Below, one piece after another: positions 1 through 9,930 of a stretch of DNA of 64,000 nucleotides. The first letter of the stretch is position 1. Each line of letters begins with the position of its first letter. Below the pieces are notes generated by a model. The model saw nothing but the letters and a program-made list of their open reading frames with translations, made no database searches and had not been told where the DNA came from. A program made the translations under genes and the position numbers. Source of the stretch: Lepidodermella squamata (taxonomy: Eukaryota; Animalia; Gastrotricha); NCBI GenBank assembly GCA_047495785.1, contig JBLDXI010000032.1:3596001-3660000 (forward strand), given 5' to 3'.

Positions 1-3000
1 CGGGAATAGCCATGACAGCCGGCGAATGACCAGGTCCAGGTGCTGCGGGGCACCATCGCCACCAGTCTGGCCTTTGAATAGATCCAAAACGAAAGAAGCC
101 CCAGATACCAAAATGAACTGGTCTTTCGGCGACTTGCGGTAATACAGCCGGTATTCGTAACTTTCTGTCAGCGAAAGCCTCATGGCCGAAGAACCGACCC
201 CAACTCGACCGGTCGGTGTCTCGATGCCTAGAGCCGACATGACCGCATCGACGACTTCCCTCACTAGAGAACAGCTGTCGACGTAAGAAGCGACCCTTCG
301 TTGCCCGGGTAAGAAAATTCGGATAAAGACTGACGAACTCGGGGTTCGGCGACCTTCGATCAAAGACCCGCAGTAGTTGATTTCGTCCTGGGACGGCAGA
401 GACCGGCGACTGCCCATCAGCGCGACTTTGGTCATAGCAGCCGCACATTCGAGGATCAGCTCCCGGTTCTTCCCGGTCGACAGCTGCTCGGCTAGGAATA
501 GGTACATGTACGGCCGCAGTGTGTCGGATAGCCGGAAGAACTTTGCGAGGATTGATAGTAAATTCAAAACTCGCTGCGTCAGTTTCGGGGTGGGCGGGTC
601 GGCATCCGGGGCGGCCAGTGGCTTCACGGTCTGCAGGAAAATTTCGTCGGTAATGCTCGGATATTGAAGCCCGGTGGACAATATGCCGGATATGAATTCG
701 CGTTGAGCTGCGATGTCATTGGCATTTTCATCCGAAAACAAAAATCGGACAATTACTGAAAATTAAAATATTAGGAATGAAATTTAAAGTAACCAAGTTA
801 CTTACGCGAAGAGCACTGAGAGCACAATGGGCGCATATCGTCGTTGACATTAAGGAAAATCATTTCATTGAAGTTCTCGACGGCATTTCCACCTGAAAAT
901 GACATAGTGAAAAACCAGTTATTTCAGGGAAAAAACAGTTATAAAAGGGCCGTAGCCTTTGACCCGGAAATGACCGTCTTTGTTATAAGGGTGAGATTAT
1001 TATTTATATTATGTTATAATTAACTCTAAAACTCTACCTAAAGCAAGTTGGTCGATGTTTTCCCTGTTTCATTTGATGAAATCAATCGCCAATAAAAAAG
1101 GAATTTCTCTCAAAAAATTGACTCACCGTTGCCGCCTTAAAGCCAGTCGAGCGATTAAGCTGGTCAAGTTGTCGCCTTTATCTGACGGCCGGTCGCCCGG
1201 GTCTCCGCGGAGAAGCCAATTTTCGACAGATGAATAGTGCTCGCTAGTAAGGGCCCCAGCATCCTTCAAAAAAATGACGGCAAATGCTACGATTAAAATG
1301 GTAAAAAGAGCCACGTTATCATGCAATATTTAATCAAATTTCTAATTTATTTGAATAATTTAGAAATTCAATTGAAAATATTGAGGGAGTTGAATAAAAA
1401 TACTCACCACAATGAGATCACAATCTTGGATCCTTTTATCGGCAAAATGGCGGCGAAGTTCAAGAGGGACAAGTGACAGATCCATCGGAACAACGGCCGC
1501 GATCGGGAAAAATCCGCAACGACCGCGACATGTGCCATACAGAAGACCATCCTGCGGCTGAGCATCCAGCACGTAGACAATGTCATTTTTCCGCAAAACC
1601 AGCTGTCGCTCGGACGGTTCAGAAGGCACTGAATCGCGAGTGGCCGAGAATTTAACGCTGGACTGAGCTTCGATGGTGAAAGCACTCAATCGATCAGCGA
1701 GCAAGTCGACATTGTCCGACGTGAAGGTGTAGTCACCCATATGAGCTACCGCGATTTTAACCGAAGACTCGCCGGCAATCACCACATCCTCAACATCAGT
1801 CCATTGGAATGATTTAACGACATCAAGGATTCGGCTCGATGTAGTCGGGTCGATTCGGCGAGAAACCATCGACAGATACTTCGGAGATAAGGCGATGTCG
1901 GTGACAATAGTCGAAGTACCCGACTCGTCGAGAACACCCGAAACCGGGTAGATAGCCGCGAAGTACAGCTTCATGTCAACCGCCATTTTGACGACCAGTT
2001 TCATGAAGTCAATATCCAAACTCGGCGCATTAGATAGCGGCGCCACGCTAGTTCCGGATACGAAGTTACCCGCCGCTAGGACGGCTTGCTTCGTCAATTT
2101 TCGCGTGTATAACATATTCATTAAGGAGGTGTGCTCCGCGGTTGACAGCCGGCTGAACATTCCTGGCCGGGTCGACTGGACATCGCCAACAATCTGGGCG
2201 AGAATCAGACGGAGAAAACTGCGGTCCGCATCCAGCAGAAACTTTGACTCGGCCGGGGTGAGAAACGCTTTGTAAGCAATTAGTTGCCATTGCGGGTTGG
2301 AGTAGGTCAAAAACGCATCACTATTATCACCAGACACCATCGCATTCGGACCCATCTGATCATCCAACATCGTAATTAGTTTGAACAAACTATTTCCTTC
2401 GTTCGTGAAAGCATTTCGAAAGTTGTTTCGTGTCAGCATAGCAACAGCAGCTTGAGATTGCGGCGCTTGAACATGAATCATTTCCGGTTTCAGAAATTTA
2501 TCCAACACCTTAGCCGCTTGTCGCACATTCGTCGTCATCGAGGCAGATAGAGGATTGTTCGGCTCCATTGCTACATTAGCGTACTCAGATCCGCTCATAT
2601 TTCCATTACCGCCACCTTGTGACATGAAAGAACTATGCCCCGAACTGTTAAGGTGGGTGTACACCGATCGAGTGTCAACAATAGCACTTGGGGCAGAGGC
2701 TGGGACTGCGGTTGACATCGTATTTCCATGCGAAATCGAGGACATAGTGCCGAAATCGAACAGATTGTTGATGTAATCGTCGATTTTAGCTAGATTGGAA
2801 TTTGTGCTTGAAACAGACGGCTGGCGTTTCAGGTCCGAAACAGGTGTGTTATCACCATCAAACGACACTTGCTTTCGATTCGAAGCTCGTAAATTTCCGA
2901 TATGTGCAGTTTTCGGGGTCGACGTCTGACGAGGCGGCGCGACTTCATTGCTTGATTTCCTACTCTTGTCAACATTAGAAAGTTGAGCGAAAAAGCCGGA

Positions 3001-6000
3001 GAGGAATGAGGACGCATTTGTAGGCGCAGGTTTCACCCCTGTCGGAGCGACAACTGCCGGCAAATTGCGGATAAGACCAAGCCCGGGGAAGCGGCCTTTC
3101 GGCTGCAACTCGGGTGGGAATTCGATGTGAGATATCAAATCGAGGACTTTCCCCTCAGGCCATATTTCAATTCGCTCAGCGCCGGCGAAAATTAGGGCAA
3201 CTCCCCACCCGGTATACAACAGTTGAGGCGGAATGTCAGTTGAAACCTGAAATTTCGTGGTAATGCACGTCGATGCGAACTCTTCGACATTGGAATGTGA
3301 AGTCACTTCTACGTAACACGCCGTTGCATCAACAAAATTGCACGATAGTGCCATCCTCAGCAGTCGAATATTCGTAATCCATTCGAGCAGACACGGCGCA
3401 AGAATTCGGCTCGATGTCCAAGGGTACCGAACCAACTGCCTGACCACAGCGAAAAGCTTTTGATAGGCGAATAGTACCAGATGCGGCGCTGTGATTGACG
3501 GGCTGTGGAGGCTATCAGCGGCTATTGTTGCCAAGACTGATTTAACAAGGGGTGGAGGAGGGTCATATGATGACACAATATGTAGAAGCAAAATCCAAAG
3601 CAAATTTTTCGAGTCAACCGGTAAATTTTGCGAAGTGAGGGATCGGATGATTTCTCCAATCACGTAATCATATGTGACGCGATTCTTGCTGCTTGAAATT
3701 GAGTCCATCGAAGTGTTTGGCGATGACTGGTGGTTAGCATGGAAATTTCTTAGCAACGCATCGACACCTTCACCATGGCAAGCCACAATAAGCAGAGAAG
3801 CCAAAACCAACTGATGCAAGCCAGAGCCTTCCTTATCGCCTACAAATAGCGAAACGATCCGTGAAACGTAATTCACGTCTTGTTGATGTGGGGTAGGGTC
3901 AGGCCGATTTTTGCCCGGAAATGACGTTTGCATGAAAGCACCGACCACGGTTTTCAACACCCCTGCATCTGATGGAACGATCGTCGCTAAATTTCTGATA
4001 TTGTTAATCGCCGGAACGATATGACGATCGTCATCGACGAGCTGCCAATTCAGCAAATACGCGATAACTTCAGGCAAAAGGTCACGAGGCGGGGCGCTCT
4101 TCGCACTGGTTTGGACCAATGGTGTAGGTTGGCCGATCGCGCTGTCTTTTGACGTATTCGCTGACGGAGTTTTCGGGGTTTGAGATTGCCGGTGTGGTGT
4201 TGTTGGTTGGACCAGATTAGGCCGAGGTTGCGGCGCTTTCGCCGCTTCTTCAGCTTTACGCTTTCTCTCCTCGGCTCTTTTGGCCTCACGACGTTCGTCC
4301 AAAAAGCGGAAAACCGACTTCTGCCACTTGGAAATAGCTGCCCATCGCTTTGAATGAACTTCAGCTTCCAGACGTCGGAACATCGAATCAGTCACGAAAA
4401 CCAGTGTTCGCCCGATTTGGTAGTCCTTCACCTCGGCGGCGCCAATTTTGTTGAGAACGTAAAGACATGCGTCGACTGGTTGAAGCGATTCAACTGCCTC
4501 GGATGAAACGAGGAGTGGGGCGTATGTCGCGACGAATTCTTGATGTTTAACCCGAACAGGATACCCGGCTTTTCGAACCCGGGCTGCATCGATGATACCG
4601 CCACATCTCAACTGGTCTAGCACACATTCAGCGTCGAAATGTCCGGATTTCTTCGTCCGATTCGGCCGAATGCAACGAACGAAGTGCGGCTGGCATCGAT
4701 TGACAACAGCAATTAGCTGATTCAGCGACTCCTGATACATAGAAGAAACGGTCGAAAAATTACGCGTCCTCCTCGGAGGCGAGTTAACAGGTGGGTCACC
4801 GCCGCCCAGCTGCATCTTGTTGCCAGATGCGAAAACGGAAGCAATGATCGGATTCTGGCTTTTCACCAACATATCAATGATGTCTGGTCGGTTAGCGTCG
4901 CGATTTTTCTCTAGGAAGCCGCGAGTCTGGTAGCGAACTTTGCCCGCATAATGCGCAATGCTGAATTCTTCACTCGACTTGGCTCGGTCATAGGCTGGGT
5001 TGTACCGATTCAACTCGTTGCATTTGTTCAAGAATGATGCATCTGAAGCCTGAAGAAAAACACCTGAATAAAAATTCCTCCTTAAAATATTTAGCAACTC
5101 ACATTCGGCATAAAACAGTGATCATCCAAAATGGTCATAATCCCAGTTTTCTTGTTGACCAGCAAATCAATGCAATTAGCGTTATCATTCATCTCAATTT
5201 TGGTCCACTTCAAGCCATCGCGAATGTAAGACTCTTGTTCCATCTTGATAACTTCTTTCAAGAAATACGCGTGGAGAGACTCGCTCGCAAAATTGATACA
5301 CAGCTGCTCGAGACTATTTTGATTCGGGAAATCTTCGAACCCGAAAATATCCAAAATACCAATGTGGCCAATTTTCGCTTCAGGATCCGAAGCAGATTGT
5401 GGATTCACACCTTGCATGGAATTCGCCAAATTAATGTTGACTTTGCTTGACAGCCAGCTGAAAAGCTTCGCGTAAATGAACTTGGCTATCGCGTCTCGTA
5501 CGACAAAAGCTTGATCAGGAGTCAGCGCGAACGTCAAACGTTCGTGACCAGCTTCAGTAGTTTTAACAGTTAAGAGACTAGCCAAAGTGCCTTCGGAGAG
5601 CCTCATCAGACTAGCGATGGTCTGAAGCGGCCTCAACGAGGCAAGTCGAAGTTCACTGACAACGCCTTGTTCATTAACCACTTTCTCAAATTTGATCGTT
5701 CCAAGGTGGCAAATTGAAGCAAGCATGGCCCATAGAGCTTTAAGCTCTTCGACATTTAGACCTAGCGCTACGAGGCGAGCGTTTATTTTCGAAAAGCGAT
5801 CTCTCAACTCGTGAGTCTGTTGAGGTAGACCAGTAGCGAAGTAGTCGCAGGTAACCAGCTGGTCGAGTTGATAACTCCTACGCTGGTCATCCGACAATCC
5901 CCCGATAAATTCGTAGAAAATGTGATAGTTCTTCTCGCTCTTGCTGTGGCACACCACGCGAGATCTTTCGAGTAAATAATCCGAGACTTGAACAGCGATC

Positions 6001-6758
6001 AAGTTACCCTGCTGAAATGCGAGATCGATCAATCGGCCGTGCCGACTTGAGTTGTAATTCAGTGATGTAGATGCATTGCCGAAAGACTCGAGAATGCCGA
6101 GGCCGTCCATGATTTGCTGGCAAATTTTACGCAGTTTGTTGTCATTCGAATTGTTGTTTTTGTTCACGATATACGAAATTAAAAGGCGAGCGCTTTCGGT
6201 TTTTCCACTACCACTTTCGCCACTGATTGAAATGATTTGATCGCCATTCAACCGTCGAATATTTTCCAACGCATCATTTCCGATTGTGTAAAGATGGGGC
6301 GGAAGAACTTTACCGCCGGATGTGCGTCTCGAGTACTCCGAAGTGGTCGCATCGGAATATAAATTGTCGACCTTCTTGTATGGATTAATTGCGAGAACTA
6401 GCCGGCCCAGGTGGGTGTAAAGCTCATCTCTAACGAAGCGGTTTCGCAATAGCTCAACTACAGCACCTGGGGCGATAGTCGGGAGTTGGAGGATGTCATC
6501 GACAAGCAGCGATGTGGTTTGTGAGATCGCCGAAGGTAGTGTCGGAGGTGAAAGCGTTAACGAGTAACCGGCGTTTTGAAATTTAGTTGGAGCCGGTAAT
6601 TGCGGTGGAGGCGGCGGCGGAACTGACTGTGATTGCGAATGCGGCTTCTGGTCTTCTTTTTGAACTTGTTTCACAGGAGCAGCTGGTTCTGTCTTCACAA
6701 TCGCATGCCCCGCTGGAGTTGAATTCGAGTTAGGGAGAAGAGACCTTAGGATATTCAT
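1..6758 (-). CDS. Unconventional MyTH4-FERM myosin, class XV-like (3' end runs off the window)
   Basis: Exons by eye: 6758-5103, 5049-1408, 1263-1127, 1063-1038, 892-806, 755-<1, all GT-AG and frame-compatible. Motor motifs GESGSGKT, NSSRHG, DIFGFE, HFVRCIRPN; one IQ-like segment; SH3 (LVLRKNDIVYV...LLYGTCRGRCGFFP); C-terminal MyTH4 (ITDEIFLQTVK) and start of FERM (IRIFLPG...LVIRRLSWLFP). Class assignment comes from domain order only. Confidence 0.85.
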
Positions 6759-7259
6759 AAAATAAAATAAAAAGCCTCCCTAAAATAACAAAAACATTTA
6801 TTTAACTTCCCATCATAGTATTCGAATTTACTGTCGTGCATGAGACCAGCCAAAATATAGAAATGAAATAGAACCGATATTACTCAAAATGAATGGTCGC
6901 AAATCACACTATGCGACTTATAAAGCAGTGTTCCTGGCAAAAGACTATAACAATAAGAAAATATTTTCGTTATAGATCTTTCTTAATAATAGCACTTGAC
7001 CCCACAACACCATAATTTTAGGATGCAAAATTATAATAAATAGGTGCGCTCCATCATTTCGTTATCGCTATTTACAAATTGATACAGAATATTTGGCCTG
7101 TAAGGGAAAATCCAGGAAACCAAGCAAGTCGAGCATTACAGTAGTAACATTTATTTTCCAAATATAACCAGGATTTAGACAGGAAGCAAGGTTAGATTAA
7201 TCAGATTGTATCATTTCAATAGCTATATATTATGAATGATTACATTGCTAGCGATAATT

Positions 7260-8807
7260 TCAAGAAGCGCCCATCGCCAAATTATTGCCACCGAATACTT
7301 GCAACTTCTGAGCGGTATGGAGGAGCAATTTCAGCGGCAACATGAACTGCCCAACCTCGCCGAAAGCGCAAGTCTTCGCCATAGTATTGTAGGCGGCCAT
7401 TGCAACGTTCAGGTCCTGCTTATCGACCGCGTCACTAACCTGACCTAAACAAGTCAAAAACGCAGGTGAAAGCTTGTTTTCCTCCAAGCTCTGGGTCAGA
7501 GCGGCTAGTTTTTTATCAACGTCTTCCAGAGTTTTCTTAGTTGGCGTAGGTGCTATTTGAGCGCACTTTGACGAGAGACTTTTCAATGACTCGATTGAGG
7601 CTTGAGCTGCTGAGGCTGACACGGGTGCAGTAGTTTGCACGGCTGTTTTCGAGCCCTTCGCCGCCGCTTTCGCGATGATGCTCACATCCGGATCGTTCCA
7701 GCCGTTGTTAGGAGTTTGAATATTCATGAAAGATACTATATTCGGGTTAAATGCCGGGTCCATTGGAGGTGGCGGCGGCATACCAGCGGTCGGAGGTTGG
7801 GACTGTACGACGCCGTATGGTGACATGTATGGATTAGGAGGTGGCACAGAACTGTTTCCCAACATAGGTGGCGCACCAGGTGTCTCAGGGCCAGTATAGG
7901 TTATCGGATTCGAGCCATACGTGTTCCCTGATGCCTGAGGAGGCGATTGAAATAGCTGGGATGGGGGTGCGACATTCGAGCCATAGGGAGCTGTGTACGG
8001 CTGGGGCTGGCTATTCATAGGCTGGGTACCGTACGGAGCCGAAAGAGCCGGATGAGGCACATAATGCTGGGCAAAATTCGCGCCGCCTGATGGAGCTGGG
8101 TTGAACGCAGTCGGCACCTGGTTCGCAAATGCCGACGGTGCGAACGGAGCGGTTGAGGGTGGTGGGGCTTGTTGATTCGCAACAGGGTTGTAGGCCGGCT
8201 GGCTCGGCACAAATGGAGCCGAAATTGGTTGGCTAGGCTGTGGTTGGAAAGCATTCACAACAGGGTTGAACGCCGACTGTGCCTGTGGCTGAAACGGCGA
8301 CGGAACAAACGGCGCTGGAGGTTGAGTTGCGGGCTGCTGGAAAGCCGTGACTGGTGCTAGAAGTGGCGCGTTTTGAGAGTAAACATTACTAGTAACATCT
8401 GCCGATGGAATACCAGAATTCGTTGGCACCGCAGCCGGGACGAACGGGGCAGGTGCCGTAATTGCGGTCTCTTGCGGTGGACTGGTCGAGTCAGGCAACA
8501 CAGGTGCGCTAGGGGCAGGGTTCGCCTCTGCTTGAGTTGCTGGTTCCACTTGAGCAGAATTCGGCAACTCAGGCTGAGATGAGCTGCTGACAGCCTCGGT
8601 AGTCGTGGTCGGTTCTGCGGGGGGTGGCGGGGCGAACGCTGCCACCGGCGCAGGTGGAACAATCGGAGGAGGCGCTGAAAAAGCGGAAAGAATCGGCTGA
8701 TCAACTGGAGGAGGCGGCACTAAAGGGTCGGACGCAGCATCGGCCTCACCGCTATTCCACGGCAATTTTGCAACGGGAGCTGGAGCGAAAACGGCAGGAT
8801 TTTGCAT
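7260..8807 (-). CDS. Stand-alone Sec31 proline-rich + C-terminal helical (SRA1/Sec31-like) protein; partial duplicate of the neighbouring Sec31
   Basis: 515-aa intronless ORF, Pro/Ala/Gln-rich, with GWNDP motif and C-terminus LEDVDKK...EVGQFMLPLKLLLHTAQKL matching the Sec31 C-terminus LEDVDKK...EVGQFLLPIKLLVHTAQQL; no WD40 or ACE1 region. Acceptor-like TCTCTTCAG (CAG at 8812-8810) 2 nt before the ATG. Confidence 0.8.
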   Translation of the reverse strand: MQNPAVFAPAPVAKLPWNSGEADAASDPLVPPPPVDQPILSAFSAPPPIVPPAPVAAFAPPPPAEPTTTTEAVSSSSQPELPNSAQVEPATQAEANPAPSAPVLPDSTSPPQETAITAPAPFVPAAVPTNSGIPSADVTSNVYSQNAPLLAPVTAFQQPATQPPAPFVPSPFQPQAQSAFNPVVNAFQPQPSQPISAPFVPSQPAYNPVANQQAPPPSTAPFAPSAFANQVPTAFNPAPSGGANFAQHYVPHPALSAPYGTQPMNSQPQPYTAPYGSNVAPPSQLFQSPPQASGNTYGSNPITYTGPETPGAPPMLGNSSVPPPNPYMSPYGVVQSQPPTAGMPPPPPMDPAFNPNIVSFMNIQTPNNGWNDPDVSIIAKAAAKGSKTAVQTTAPVSASAAQASIESLKSLSSKCAQIAPTPTKKTLEDVDKKLAALTQSLEENKLSPAFLTCLGQVSDAVDKQDLNVAMAAYNTMAKTCAFGEVGQFMLPLKLLLHTAQKLQVFGGNNLAMGAS

Positions 8808-9084
8808 TGCTGAAGAGATTCCAATAAATTAAACTTCTATAAATTTATTTGAAACAAAAAATTCAAAAGCTGTGCACCAGATTCAAAGCCAGCAACAAAC
8901 AGCACCGGAAAATAAATTCTTTCTCGTGAAATTCATATGGCAGAAAATATATCAATAGAATGAGTGAAAGTTTCAAAATGGCAAGTTAAACAACAGCAAA
9001 AGAGATAGGCAATCATGGAAGGTAGGCTCAAATAAAGATATCAATAATAATTATCTGTCAGCATCAAGCTCTTGGCTACTTGGC

Positions 9085-9369
9085 TTAGCCAGATTTAGAC
9101 TCGTCTTTTGCTGGGCCAAACAGAGCGCACTTGGTAGCAACGGGTTTGTAGTCAGGATCACCCGGAGCGGGCTCTTTCGCTTCTCCAAAGGGGGCGCAAG
9201 CTACGGCCACGGGCTCTTTTCCGTCACCAAATGGAGCACAGGTTACAGCTACAGGCTCATTTCCATCACCAAAGGGAGCGCAAGCTATTGCGACGGGCTC
9301 TTTCCCATCCCAAGACGGAGCGCATTTAGTAGCAACTGGCGTTTCCTGTTTCTCTGTTGAATTGTCCAT
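9085..9369 (-). CDS. 94-aa tandem-repeat peptide/protein with five PVAxxCA(P/L)(F/S)(G/W) units, unknown function
   Basis: ATG-initiated ORF with 14-aa (42-nt) periodicity; repeats differ heavily at synonymous positions (motif Val = GTT, GTC, GTA, GTG, GTT), supporting coding status; acceptor-like TTTTCCTTAG (TAG at 9401-9399) upstream. Confidence 0.75.
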   Translation of the reverse strand: MDNSTEKQETPVATKCAPSWDGKEPVAIACAPFGDGNEPVAVTCAPFGDGKEPVAVACAPFGEAKEPAPGDPDYKPVATKCALFGPAKDESKSG

Positions 9370-9930
9370 TTGATAATAAATAATCAGATCAAATAAATCT
9401 AAGGAAAAATAAATGCATGAAGTTAAATATACGTCGAGCCTTATAGCATAATTTTTATTTCACCGTGTGACTTACATGACAGCAGCACATATCGGATGAA
9501 CATATATATCATTTATTATGCACATTATGATTGCAACAGTTTTGATCCTCGTCGACTTGATCACACGAAAGAAGATAATGAAAGAAATTCTTGCAACCAA
9601 AAAATACACACGCAATTTTCAGCAAGGTGGTCTAGTGATTTAATCATGTTTCTCAACTAATTCGAGCACGCATTCGGGAAAATAATAATATTAATAATAC
9701 GATACTCAATCGATATCAAAATCGACCAACGCAAGCGCTAAATAGAAAATTTGTTTTCGTCTTCTCAAATTCAATTCACTCAGCAATTATAAAGCTATTT
9801 TTTTACTAGCCTTGGATATGCAGACCATTTTAATGCCCACCTACTAAATCAGTTCGCATTACTAAGCAGTGTTACCATAAAGCAATAACAAACCAGGTTC
9901 TTTGATAGTTCAATTAAATAAGCAATATTT

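Noticed and set aside
9300-9335. TKCAPSWD resembles the microviridin/graspetide core TxKYPSDW
   Set aside because: Only one repeat resembles it, the spacing differs and no ATP-grasp ligase is present in the window; treated as coincidence.
9085-9369. 42-bp periodic repeat as a possible CRISPR-like array
   Set aside because: No constant repeat / unique spacer structure; variation is concentrated at synonymous codon positions; eukaryotic context.
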